From UHGV virus genome UHGV-0132371: DNA of 45,879 bases. The stretch is one strand, 5' to 3'. The stretch comes from a virus. The notes below the pieces were generated by a model. It saw only the letters and a program-made list of their open reading frames with translations. It was not told the origin of the DNA and did not search any database. The stretch's first letter is position 1. Every line of letters begins with the position of its first letter. Position numbers and translations under genes: made by a program. Below are positions 8,199-17,142 of the stretch, in pieces.

Positions 8199-8762
8199 GT
8201 GGATAAACAACACTGGAAAGTAGAGCGCCAACCTGCATGGCTGGTGGCTGCAATCAAAAGAACTATTGCCGAAATGCCAGGCGGTTATACAGAAGCTGCT
8301 GAATGGCTTGGCCTGTATCGCGCTGGAAAACTCTCAACGGATGCGCTCTACAACAGACTGCGTAACGAAGGAGATCAAATTTTCCCGCTTGAGTGGGCGA
8401 TGGTGCTTCAGGATGCAAGTGGTACTAAGTATGTCACCGATGCGATAGCCCGCCGTAGTGGTGGCGTCTTCGTTCCGCTGGTGGAGGTTGATGATCTTGA
8501 TAACGGCGATATCAACCAGCGCCTGATGGAGTCCATCGAATGGATTGGTAAACACTCGCAGTACCTGCGTAAGGCAACCGCTGACGGGGTTATTGATCCG
8601 GCAGAACGTGAGCAGATTGAAGAGAACAGCTATCAGGTGATGGCTAAGTGGCAGGAACATTTGACGCTGCTTTTCCGTGTGTTTTGTGCGCCGGAAAAAG
8701 GTGACGCCCGCGAGTGTGCAGCTCCGGGCGTCGTGGCAGACAAATCTTGTATGGAGAAGTAA
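8199..8762 (+). CDS. CII-like / YdaT-YmfL-like putative regulatory protein
   Basis: 187 aa directly after the cro-like gene; GTG start with AGGGGA RBS. Family from memory, uncertain. Confidence 0.45.
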   Translation: MDKQHWKVERQPAWLVAAIKRTIAEMPGGYTEAAEWLGLYRAGKLSTDALYNRLRNEGDQIFPLEWAMVLQDASGTKYVTDAIARRSGGVFVPLVEVDDLDNGDINQRLMESIEWIGKHSQYLRKATADGVIDPAEREQIEENSYQVMAKWQEHLTLLFRVFCAPEKGDARECAAPGVVADKSCMEK

Positions 8763-8934
8763 TCCGCATGACCAGTTTAACGGCTTTTAACCGTTTACCG
8801 CAACTCAGGATGATCCCGGTACCGGGCGCTCCGTTGTTTCGGTATGAACGCAGAATAGCAAACCGCTGGGTGCCATGTAACCACAGTCGGGCGGTCGCAA
8901 TTGTGGGGGTTTACTACAGGAAGGCGAAACGCTT

Positions 8935-9108
8935 ATGCGCGAAGTTAACCGAAGGTTCAAAGACCACAGAGGGATCCCCGTTCGGGTTATCCGGTGGGAG
9001 CCTGAAACGCGGCGTGTTATCTACCTGCGAGCAGGGTATGAGCACGAATGCTTCAGCCCACTTGAGCATTTCAGGCAAAAGTTCAGGGAGATAGAGGATG
9101 AGAGCTAA
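8935..9108 (+). CDS. Small hypothetical protein (57 aa)
   Basis: AGGAAGG RBS before the ATG; the alternative frame starting at 8768 is also open but ends in low-complexity sequence. Confidence 0.3.
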   Translation: MREVNRRFKDHRGIPVRVIRWEPETRRVIYLRAGYEHECFSPLEHFRQKFREIEDES

Positions 9109-9136
9109 CCCAATGAAAAAAAACTTAACTGAGAAT

Positions 9137-9538
9137 TTATCCTGCCAGGGCATTAATCCTCAATTTGATAGCCTTTTCTTCAACTTTGAACCTCTTTTTC
9201 AGGTCTTCGAGTTCTTTGGCGAGAGCAATGTATTGATCCGCAACTCCATATTGAGCAATCAGTCCGGTTGCCAGTTTAGCATCGGCGTTTTCTGGATCAT
9301 CAACATCGATGATTTTTCCATATTTTCCGGTAATAACGGCAATACGGTGCTTGCACATCGTGCCCATTTCACCAGCAATGCAAGTGCATTCTATTTCGAG
9401 GTTACCGCTCTGATCGCTGATGGTTACATCGTAAAAACCATCACCGCTGCTGCTGTTAGCCAAAAGTTGGTAGATCACGTTGTATCTCCTTATTTTTTTG
9501 TAGCGGTTAACGCTCATCCCAACCTCATTATTGATCAT
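9137..9538 (-). CDS. SWIM-type zinc-finger protein, opposite strand within the rightward early region
   Basis: C-x-C-x7-C-x-H (ECTCIAGEMGTMCKH) SWIM signature; AT-rich. The start may instead be the internal Met at 9517, which has GAGG upstream. Confidence 0.5.
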   Translation of the reverse strand: MINNEVGMSVNRYKKIRRYNVIYQLLANSSSGDGFYDVTISDQSGNLEIECTCIAGEMGTMCKHRIAVITGKYGKIIDVDDPENADAKLATGLIAQYGVADQYIALAKELEDLKKRFKVEEKAIKLRINALAG

Positions 9539-9620
9539 GCTTTATTCCAGGTATACACTGTCTCGGCAGCGGCAAAATCCGTTGCCGGGATTGGCGTCCT
9601 GGAATTGATTAAAGAGCACA

Positions 9621-9642
9621 ACCGCGCTCTGGCGGTTTTTTT
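9621..9642 (+). terminator. Possible weak intrinsic terminator (tR1-like)
   Basis: Short ACCGC...GCGGT stem followed by TTTTTTT. Confidence 0.3.
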
Positions 9643-9807
9643 GTGCGAAATGCATTGCTACACCCTGATTATGGTGGGGCGTGCAGGGGCATCGAAAGAT
9701 GCGCCGGCTTCTTTAGTCACCGGTTACGCCAACCCTGCACGTCTCACCACCAATGAGATTGGCGTCTCTTGTGGTGAGTTGTTAAAACTGACTAAAGAGG
9801 CAGCCAT

Positions 9808-10354
9808 CATGGCTACGATCCCAACCCTCGTTCAACCTGAAATTTCCGTAATTAACGGTCAGGCCGTTACCTCCTCTCTGGCTATTGCCGACTTCTTCAC
9901 TAAGCGTCACGATGACGTACTGAAAAAAATCCGCGCTCTGGAGTGTTCGCTAGAATTCACTGCCCGCAATTTTGCGGTGAGTGAATACACCGACGCTACA
10001 GGCCGCAAACTTCCCTGCTATCAAATCACCCGCGATGGCTTCGCGTTCCTCGCTATGGGCTTCACTGGTAAGCGAGCAGCACAGTTCAAAGAGGCATACA
10101 TCACAGCCTTCAACAGGATGGAAAATGCGCTTCACGGGGCAAGTGATAATTTCTGCGCAGCGCACAATGCCCACGTTGTTTACCTCTACATGTCTGAAAT
10201 TCACCGCGTCTGGTTAGAACAACTTTATCCGATGTTGGTTTCTGTTCAGTCTCCGCTAGCTTCATCACTCTACGACTACATCAACGATGGTGTATTCGTT
10301 GCTGGGTTGGTGGACTCGGAACTGAACAAAAAGCACAAGGAGGTGCGAAAGTGA
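9808..10354 (+). CDS. Rha-family phage regulatory protein
   Basis: Start at the ATG with AAAGAGG RBS (track ORF artificially extends upstream to 9098); ING..VTSSL.IADFF.KRHDDVLKKI and YQITRDGF.FLAMGFTG.RAA.FK motifs. Confidence 0.6.
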
Positions 10355-11217
10355 GCACTAAATTAACCGGCTACGTATGGGATGGTTGCGCGGCGTCGGG
10401 CATGAAGTTGTCTAGTGTCGCGATCATGGCTCGCCTCGCTGATTTCAGCAGCGATGAGGGCGTGTGCTGGCCGTCCATTGAAACTATTGCTCGCCAGCTT
10501 GGCGCAGGGCCTAGCACGATCAGAACGGCAATCGCAAAGCTTGAAAAAGATGGCTGGCTCACGCGTACACAGCGCCGTAATGGTAACCGTAATGCGTCGA
10601 ACGTGTACCGCCTGAATGTAGCGAAACTTCAGGCTGCCGCATTTTCTCAACTGTCAGATTCTGACACGTCAAAATCTGACGCATCAAAATTTGACGCCTC
10701 AAAAACTGACCCGTCGAAATCCGTCAAAAACGGCGGTTTTGACCCGTCAGAATCTGGCGGGGATCCGTCAGTAAAATCAAAACAAGATCCACAAGTAACT
10801 TCAAAACCCTCTTGTCCGGTTGCTGCGCAACCAGACCCTGAGGTTGTGATTACTGATCAGGCCAGACAGGTCTTGTCTTACCTGAACCAGACAACTGGCT
10901 CACGCTACCAGGTATGCAGTACGTCGCTGGAGAATATTCGCGCCCGTCTTCGGGAACAATTCACGGTTGATGACCTGTGCCTGGTAGTGGATTACAAAAA
11001 TGCCGATTGGCGTGATAGCGAGCAGGCGCAATACCTCCGCCCGGCAACTCTGTTCATTCCAAAAAACTTCCCTGGTTACCTGCAAAGCGCGACCAAATGG
11101 TCCAGTGCTGGCCGGCCTGAACGCGTTAACGGCAAATGGGAGACTAACTCAGCCAGCCGCGCAAACTTCCAGAGTGTTGATTACTCACTGCCAGAAAATT
11201 CGGGGTTCCGTTCATGA
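10351..11217 (+). CDS. Replication initiation protein (N-terminal wHTH, conserved phage C-terminal domain)
   Basis: GTG start with AAGGAGG RBS; O-like position in the operon; iteron array inside the gene. Confidence 0.6.
   Translation: MSTKLTGYVWDGCAASGMKLSSVAIMARLADFSSDEGVCWPSIETIARQLGAGPSTIRTAIAKLEKDGWLTRTQRRNGNRNASNVYRLNVAKLQAAAFSQLSDSDTSKSDASKFDASKTDPSKSVKNGGFDPSESGGDPSVKSKQDPQVTSKPSCPVAAQPDPEVVITDQARQVLSYLNQTTGSRYQVCSTSLENIRARLREQFTVDDLCLVVDYKNADWRDSEQAQYLRPATLFIPKNFPGYLQSATKWSSAGRPERVNGKWETNSASRANFQSVDYSLPENSGFRS
10655..10785. repeat. Iteron array (putative origin of replication) inside the replication gene
   Basis: Six or seven tandem copies of a roughly 14-15 bp unit TGAC(R)CGTCAAAA, encoding the DSDTSKSDASKFDASKTD segment. 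Confidence 0.55.
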
Positions 11218-11441
11218 TGACCAATAAATATTGCCAGGCGCTGGCGGCACTGCGTAGCAAACCAGCTCACGAATTGAAAGAAGTTGGCGATCAGTGGCGG
11301 ACACCGGATCTGCTTTTTTGGGGGATCAACGCGCTATTTGGTCCATTAGTTCTGAACTTGTTCGCAATATGCGGGGAGAGGCCGCGTGAAACTGGTCCTG
11401 CCTTTTCCTCCGAGCGTGAACACTTACTGGCGCGCCCCTAA
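11214..11441 (+). pseudogene. Possible remnant of a phage N6-adenine methyltransferase (Dam-type N-terminus only)
   Basis: 75 aa ORF whose WRTPD.LF...L...FGP segment resembles the start of phage Dam-type methyltransferases, then degenerates and overlaps the rusA start by 56 nt. Confidence 0.3.
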
Positions 11442-11772
11442 CAAGGGGCCGCTGGCCGGTCGTCACCTCATTAGCGCTGATGGTCGTAAATACCAGAGCG
11501 CTGCCTGCGTGGCGATCATTGAGCAATTACGACGTCTCCCGAAGCCATCGACTGAACTGGCAGCGGTAGAAATCACTCTGTACCCGCCGGATGCGCGCCA
11601 TCGGGATATCGATAATTACAACAAAGCCCTGTTTGACGCGCTGACGCATGCGGGTGTCTGGGAAGACGACAGCCAGATTAAGCGCATGCTGGTGGAATGG
11701 GGGCCAGTGGTGCCGAAAGGAAAGGTTGAAATAACGATCAGCATTTACGAACCGGCGGGTGCAGCCGCCTGA
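11386..11772 (+). CDS. rusA: Holliday junction resolvase RusA
   Basis: GTG start with GGGGAGAGG RBS; LPFPPSVNTYW, DIDNYNKALFDALT and EIT. motifs typical of RusA. Confidence 0.8.
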   Translation: MKLVLPFPPSVNTYWRAPNKGPLAGRHLISADGRKYQSAACVAIIEQLRRLPKPSTELAAVEITLYPPDARHRDIDNYNKALFDALTHAGVWEDDSQIKRMLVEWGPVVPKGKVEITISIYEPAGAAA

Positions 11773-11786
11773 TATGGAGAAATAGC

Positions 11787-12479
11787 ATGAATCAGTTAAC
11801 CGCAAAGGGTGTTGTGACAATGTCCAGCCGTGAAATTGCCAGGCTGGTGCAGAGCAAACATGGTGATGTGAAGCGCTCAGCTGAGCGCCTTGAATCTGCT
11901 GGTATTTTAACCGCGCCGTTGGCGCACACCCCCTACGAACACCCGCAAAATGGGCAAACATACGAGGAGTATTGGTTCAACAAACGTGATTCTCTGGTGA
12001 TCGTTGCCAGGATGTCGCCAGAATTTACCGCCGCCGTTGTCGATCGCTGGCAGGAGCTGGAGAACAGTCAGGCCGTCAGTGTGCCACAAACATTGCCGGA
12101 GGCATTACGCCTCGCGGCTGATCTGGCCGAGCAGAAAGAACAACTCAGCCAGCAGTTAGCCGCTGCTGCACCGAAAGTTGAATTTGTCGATCGGTACTGT
12201 ACTGCCAAAGGCTCAATGTCATTCCGCCAGGTAGCAAAGCTATTGCAGGCTAAAGAAACAGATTTCCGCTTGTTCCTCATTGAGAGCGACATCTTGTACC
12301 GGCTAGGCGGAGTGCTGACACCGCGGCACCAGCATATTGCGGCCGGGCGGTTTGAAGTGAAAACCGGCACTACGAGTGAAACAAACTACGCATTCAGCCA
12401 GGCGCGTTTTACGCCCAAAGGCATCGAGTGGATCGGCGGCCTGTGGACGGCACACATCGCTAAGGGGCATGCCGCGTGA
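11787..12479 (+). CDS. Phage antirepressor (Rha-like N-terminus, KilAC/Ant-type C-terminus)
   Basis: 230 aa, TGGAGAAA RBS; domain pattern from memory. Confidence 0.6.
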   Translation: MNQLTAKGVVTMSSREIARLVQSKHGDVKRSAERLESAGILTAPLAHTPYEHPQNGQTYEEYWFNKRDSLVIVARMSPEFTAAVVDRWQELENSQAVSVPQTLPEALRLAADLAEQKEQLSQQLAAAAPKVEFVDRYCTAKGSMSFRQVAKLLQAKETDFRLFLIESDILYRLGGVLTPRHQHIAAGRFEVKTGTTSETNYAFSQARFTPKGIEWIGGLWTAHIAKGHAA

Positions 12480-13537
12480 GAGGACTGTTTACAGCCGAGA
12501 CTGTTCCGCGCCTGGGGCTTGTGCTGTTAAAGCCAGGTAGCGATCTGATGTCTCTGTTCCAGCAGGGGCGTGTGCTGGTGGAGCCTCAGCCAAAAAGTAT
12601 GGCTGGGCTTCCGTCGGGGCTGGTCCCTGATGCGAGGCAGCCGCTGGCAGAAGATAAATCCCTCGAGGAATTCTTCACCGACGAGAGGGTTATCCGCGCC
12701 GCAGGCGGTTTATCCGCGTTGGACTCATGGTTAGAGCGCAACGTTAAGGAATGCCAGTACCCGCACGCTGACTACCACCATCGCGAGCTGGTAACAATGC
12801 GCCACCCCCCAGGGTCAATGCTGCTCTGCTGGCATTGCGATAACCAGCTGCGCGAGCAGACCACCGCGGCGCTGGCAGAACTGGCCCGGCGAAATCTCAT
12901 CAACTGGCTGATCAATTCGATCCTGTCTGCGCTTGGCTACAACACCGAGCGCGAACTATCCCTCGGTGAATTGTGCTGGTGGGCCGTTTATTCAGGCATT
13001 GCTGATGCAATCACGGAAAGGATGGCCCAGCATGCGCTTCGCTTACCGGATGAGCCGTTTTTATCCGTATATCGAGAAAGTGACATTGTGCCGATGCCCC
13101 CTGCAAAAAGCATTTTGCAGAAGAAGGCCACCCCTGCGGTCACGGCTGCGAAATTAAAGCATGGAGCAAATCAGGAAGTGGCCTATGACCAGCCAAAGGT
13201 TCTGGCTCTGCATGCGGATCCTGAATCCCCTGAATCATTCATGTTGCGTCCAAAACACCGCAGGTGGGTGAATGAGGACTATACCCGGTGGGTTAAAACC
13301 CAGCCCTGTGAAGGTTGCCGGCGGCCAGCGGATGATCCACACCATGTCATTGGTCACGGCATGGGCGGTACCGCCACTAAAGCCCACGATTTGTTCGTGA
13401 TCCCTCTGTGCAGAGAGTGTCACGACAAATTACATGCTGATGTTGCAGCGTTCGAGAAAAAACACGGTACCCAGCTGGAGCTGCTATTCCGGTTTATGAA
13501 TCGAGCGGTGGCGATCGGCGTAATAACAAAAGCGTAA
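12476..13537 (+). CDS. DUF968-type protein with C-terminal HNH-like zinc finger
   Basis: 353 aa; CEGC...HHVIGHG...CRECHDKLH motif. Start uncertain (GTG at 12476 or ATG at 12548). Confidence 0.55.
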   Translation: MRGLFTAETVPRLGLVLLKPGSDLMSLFQQGRVLVEPQPKSMAGLPSGLVPDARQPLAEDKSLEEFFTDERVIRAAGGLSALDSWLERNVKECQYPHADYHHRELVTMRHPPGSMLLCWHCDNQLREQTTAALAELARRNLINWLINSILSALGYNTERELSLGELCWWAVYSGIADAITERMAQHALRLPDEPFLSVYRESDIVPMPPAKSILQKKATPAVTAAKLKHGANQEVAYDQPKVLALHADPESPESFMLRPKHRRWVNEDYTRWVKTQPCEGCRRPADDPHHVIGHGMGGTATKAHDLFVIPLCRECHDKLHADVAAFEKKHGTQLELLFRFMNRAVAIGVITKA

Positions 13538-13558
13538 TTGTATGGAGCGCTGAGCATA

Positions 13559-14251
13559 ATGAATTTACAAGAACTGGAATTTACGCGGATTGAACTGCGC
13601 CGCGCGCTGGCGGATTTATCAGGCTCGACAAAAGGACAGCTGCAGGCGTTCAGTGAGCATCCACCAGCAGATAAGAACAAATACCCCCGGCACCATCCTG
13701 AAATCGTCATGGAGGGTGGGGAAGGTTGTGGATCCAAGGTTGTAAAAACGATGGCCACTCCACTTTATGTTCTTGAGACAAGGAGCCGTCGCCGACCTTT
13801 ACCGCCTATTAAGGATGCGGAGTTCGCTTGTTCAGCATGGCGTCGTTCGGTCAATGGTCTTGGGGAGCATTTGCAGGCATGGGTGCGGTACTGCTATGGG
13901 CATGACCTTGCTTTCCGGTACCAGAGGTTAATGTGCCAGCACGTATGGGAAGAGTTTCAGCGTCAGCATAGCGGCAAAAAAATCCAGGACCGTGTCACTA
14001 AAAAACTGGTAGGGCTTGTCTGGCTGGCGGCGCAAGAAGTTGCTGCCTCGCGTAATAACGATACCTATCAGGAGTATGCTGGTGCAGCTCTGGCGCGCAT
14101 GGTCAGCGTTGAGCGTTCCACCTGGCTCAGAGTGTATTCATGCCACTGGGCGGCTTTCAAAGCGTCGTTTACTGAGATGGACAGCCAGGCACTAAGCGAA
14201 ATTTTGTCACGGTACGAAGAGTACCAAGAACTGAAAGTGGCGGAAATGTGA
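13559..14251 (+). CDS. Q: Late-gene antiterminator Q-like protein
   Basis: Position before the lysis genes; the only ATG start is at 13559 (track begins at a TTG at 13538); family from memory. Confidence 0.55.
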   Translation: MNLQELEFTRIELRRALADLSGSTKGQLQAFSEHPPADKNKYPRHHPEIVMEGGEGCGSKVVKTMATPLYVLETRSRRRPLPPIKDAEFACSAWRRSVNGLGEHLQAWVRYCYGHDLAFRYQRLMCQHVWEEFQRQHSGKKIQDRVTKKLVGLVWLAAQEVAASRNNDTYQEYAGAALARMVSVERSTWLRVYSCHWAAFKASFTEMDSQALSEILSRYEEYQELKVAEM

Positions 14252-14281
14252 GGTAACTTTCACTAACTCCCTCAAATGGGC

Positions 14282-14345
14282 TTGCAAAATGCAACAAAAT
14301 AAGCGATATTTAAAGCTAATTTGATATGTTGCCATGAGTATATAA
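14282..14345 (+). promoter_or_regulatory. Candidate late promoter (PR'-like) and qut region
   Basis: TTGCAA then about 17 nt then GATATT downstream of Q, followed about 50 nt later by a terminator, as in lambda PR'/6S RNA. Confidence 0.35.
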
Positions 14346-14368
14346 ACCCGCCAGCGAGCGGGTTTTTC
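14346..14368 (+). terminator. Rho-independent terminator (tR'-like)
   Basis: ACCCGC-CAGCGA-GCGGGT hairpin followed by TTTTT. Confidence 0.55.
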
Positions 14369-14576
14369 ATTTTCACGTACTAAGTGGATGGGATTACCCG
14401 GCGACCATAACAACATAAAAAGATACTGTTTATACATTCATAGGAATTTGTTGTTAAGCTGCACTTACAACAAAAAAAGTCAAGAAATCTCCGAGAAACA
14501 CCACTAATCTGTGCAAAAAAGATTGCATATAACGTATGTTCAGACCATATTTAGCGCATAACTAAAGCAATCTTGA

Positions 14577-14597
14577 CCTCCACTTGGGAGGTTTTTT
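14577..14597 (+). terminator. Rho-independent terminator
   Basis: CCTCC-ACTTG-GGAGG hairpin followed by TTTTTT. Confidence 0.55.
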
Positions 14598-14679
14598 CGT
14601 ATCTATCCCTTAGTGAAATCTACATGTTGTGTGCCGAAGTTGTTTTTTTACTACATGTAGTTTGTTGGAGAGCGCAGCC

Positions 14680-14889
14680 ATGAACATAAACCAGCTTTAT
14701 GACGATTTTGGTATCACCCCCGCAGAATTTTTGCCAAACGAAACAGCAACTGATTTTGGTCGCAGAGTAATGAGTACCTCATCAGTTGGTTCTGGGCAAA
14801 AAGGTGTGATTTATTCGACAGGTTCTCACCTGGAAAATGTTGATTACAATCAACAAGGAAATGCATCGTACCAACTGTATTCATACTAA
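14680..14889 (+). CDS. Small hypothetical protein (69 aa), first gene of the cargo cassette
   Basis: GGAGAG RBS before the ATG (track ORF begins earlier at 14629); AT-rich. Confidence 0.4.
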   Translation: MNINQLYDDFGITPAEFLPNETATDFGRRVMSTSSVGSGQKGVIYSTGSHLENVDYNQQGNASYQLYSY

Positions 14890-14903
14890 CAATAAGATGA
14901 ACA

Positions 14904-15803
14904 ATGCCTAATTGGAATCATGTTATGGGCGAGGTTGCAGTCCTCGCCCAAAAAAGCCCCCTAGACACAGTAAGAAGCAAATATATCAAAGAGATGTCGC
15001 AGATGACCGGACGTAACGTCATTGCGTACTACTCGGGGTTCCTTCAGAATAGCTCGCATTTATGTACTATGTCTGATGATGATAAAAATGGATTCATGAC
15101 AGCGGTTCATGGGCTCGATGCCACGAAGGGGCTTGATCTCATTTTGCATACACCTGGTGGGGATATCGCCGCCTTAGAATCGATAGGTTATTACTTGAGA
15201 GCTAAGTTCGGTAACGATATCCGTGCTTTTGTCCCCATGATATCTATGTCAGCAGGGACTATGTTGGCTTGTTGTGCAAAAGAAATCATCATGGGGAAAC
15301 AATCAAATATCGGTCCTTTCGATCCCCAAATAGGTGGCGTGCCAGCACATGGCGTGATTGAAGAAGCGCAGAAGGCTATGCAAGATATTATTAAAAACCC
15401 TGCGACTGCTGCGTATTGGCAATTTACACTGTCTAAACTCAATCCGACGTTCATTGGTGAGTGTGAAAAGGCAATCCAATGGGCAACAACAATTGTCAGT
15501 GAATGGCTAATTACTGGTATGTTTGATGGGGATCCAGATGCCCAGCAAAAGGCTGAAGCTATTTGTTCAAGCCTGAATAACCACAGTTCAACTTTTGCTC
15601 ATGCACGTCATATTCACAGTGATAAAGCTAGCCAAATTGGTTTGAAAATCATACCGATGGAAGCAGATCAGGCATTACAAGATATTGTGTTAACGATACA
15701 TCATAGCTATATGCACACTTTTGGTGGCAGTACAGCAGCCAAGATTATCGAGAACCATGAGGATGGCCGAAGAGTCTGGCATGTCCCTCCTGGAAACGCG
15801 TAA
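14904..15803 (+). CDS. S49/SDH-family ClpP-fold serine peptidase (second copy besides gpC)
   Basis: 299 aa with LILHTPGGDI and MISMSAGTMLACCA motifs typical of ClpP/SppA-fold peptidases; AT-rich; bracketed by terminators. Confidence 0.6.
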   Translation: MPNWNHVMGEVAVLAQKSPLDTVRSKYIKEMSQMTGRNVIAYYSGFLQNSSHLCTMSDDDKNGFMTAVHGLDATKGLDLILHTPGGDIAALESIGYYLRAKFGNDIRAFVPMISMSAGTMLACCAKEIIMGKQSNIGPFDPQIGGVPAHGVIEEAQKAMQDIIKNPATAAYWQFTLSKLNPTFIGECEKAIQWATTIVSEWLITGMFDGDPDAQQKAEAICSSLNNHSSTFAHARHIHSDKASQIGLKIIPMEADQALQDIVLTIHHSYMHTFGGSTAAKIIENHEDGRRVWHVPPGNA

Positions 15804-15824
15804 ATTTCAGATTTTATTAAAAAT

Positions 15825-15852
15825 GCCCTGACCTGAAAATCAGGGCTTTTTT
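15825..15852 (+). terminator. Rho-independent terminator
   Basis: GCCCTGA...TCAGGGC hairpin followed by TTTTTT. Confidence 0.6.
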
Positions 15853-16021
15853 ACGCCTTCGTTCCTTCAATATGGAGGAGTTTTGCTGTGGAATGGGCGG
15901 CTGGTGGGTGTTGTAGCACCCGACCAACCATCAGCTCATGCTTACAGGTCACAAGCTAACCAAGGCCCATTGCTTTAGCGCAAAAGCAAAGAGAGCCTAT
16001 CAGAGTTACGCTTATTGATCT

Positions 16022-17074
16022 ATGAAAAATACTGTAAATATAAACAGTGTTGAGTTAGTCAACGCTGATAGCCTGCAATACATCGCCACTCTCCCTGATA
16101 ACTCCATTGACCTGATAGTCACGGATCCGCCGTACTTCAAAGTGAAACCAAACGGCTGGGACAACCAATGGAAAGGGGATGATGATTATCTTCGATGGCT
16201 TGATATGTACCTCGCACAATTCTGGCGAGTGCTTAAACCTGCCGGCAGTCTTTATCTTTTCTCCGGTCACCGCCTGTCGGCAGACATTGAGATCATGATG
16301 CGTGAGCGGTTCAACGTCCTGAACCACATCATCTGGGCTAAACCGTCTGGCCGCTGGAATGGCTGTAATAAAGAGAGCCTTCGCTCTTACTTCCCTGCAA
16401 CAGAGCGCATCCTGTTCGCTGAGCATTACCAGGGGCCGTATAAACCAAAGAGCGACGGGTACGCTGAGAAGGGAAGCGAGCTGAAGCAGCATGTAATGAC
16501 TCCCCTAATTTCTTATTTCCGGGATGCACGTGAAGCGCTTGGCATATCCTCAAAACAAATAGCCGATGCGACTGGAAAGAAGAACATGGTGTCTCACTGG
16601 TTCAGCGGTAGCCAGTGGCAATTACCGAATGAATCCGACTACCGGAAACTTCAATCCCTTTTCACGCAGGTAGCCATCGAAAAGCACCAGAACGGCGAAC
16701 TGGCAACACCACACCACCAGCTGGTGGCCCTGTGGCATTCGTTAAATCGCAAGTATTCAGAGCTGCTCGAAGAGTACAAATCGCTTCGGCGGCATTTCTC
16801 TGTTTCCGTATCCGTTCCTTATACCGACGTCTGGACACATAAACCCGTTCAGTTTTACCCAGGTAAACACCCATGCGAAAAACCCGCTGACATGTTGCGG
16901 CAGATCATCAACGCCAGCAGTAAGCCTGGTGATGTGGTGGCTGATTTCTTTATGGGGTCCGGTTCGACCGTGAAAATCGCGCTGGAACTTGGCCGCCAGG
17001 CTATCGGCGTTGAACTCGAGGAAGACAGGTTTAGCCAGACGGTGGAGGAAATAAGGGCGTTAACAGGGGAGTAA
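16022..17074 (+). CDS. Orphan DNA methyltransferase (beta-class N6-adenine/N4-cytosine; DPPY before FxGxG)
   Basis: 350 aa with TDPPY near the N-terminus and DFFMGSGST near the C-terminus; no adjacent restriction endonuclease. Confidence 0.8.
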   Translation: MKNTVNINSVELVNADSLQYIATLPDNSIDLIVTDPPYFKVKPNGWDNQWKGDDDYLRWLDMYLAQFWRVLKPAGSLYLFSGHRLSADIEIMMRERFNVLNHIIWAKPSGRWNGCNKESLRSYFPATERILFAEHYQGPYKPKSDGYAEKGSELKQHVMTPLISYFRDAREALGISSKQIADATGKKNMVSHWFSGSQWQLPNESDYRKLQSLFTQVAIEKHQNGELATPHHQLVALWHSLNRKYSELLEEYKSLRRHFSVSVSVPYTDVWTHKPVQFYPGKHPCEKPADMLRQIINASSKPGDVVADFFMGSGSTVKIALELGRQAIGVELEEDRFSQTVEEIRALTGE

Positions 17075-17142
17075 ACGTGAGGTCGCTCAAGCGGCCTTTT
17101 TTATTACCTCAATAACACCCGCACACAGCGAGGTGAGAGACC

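Noticed and set aside
8714-9094. 126 aa plus-strand ORF from the track
   Set aside because: Starts inside the CII-like gene in another frame and ends in low-complexity sequence; the 57 aa ORF at 8935..9108 or a shorter ORF from 8768 fit better, and even those are uncertain.
9098-10354. 418 aa ORF from the track
   Set aside because: Artificial extension; the N-terminal 230 residues run antisense through the SWIM gene and the intergenic region. Only the Rha-like part from 9808 is credible.
15853-16021. GC-rich stretch upstream of the methyltransferase, considered as a possible tRNA
   Set aside because: No T-loop (GTTCRANYC) or cloverleaf-compatible pairing seen by eye; treated as a promoter/leader region.
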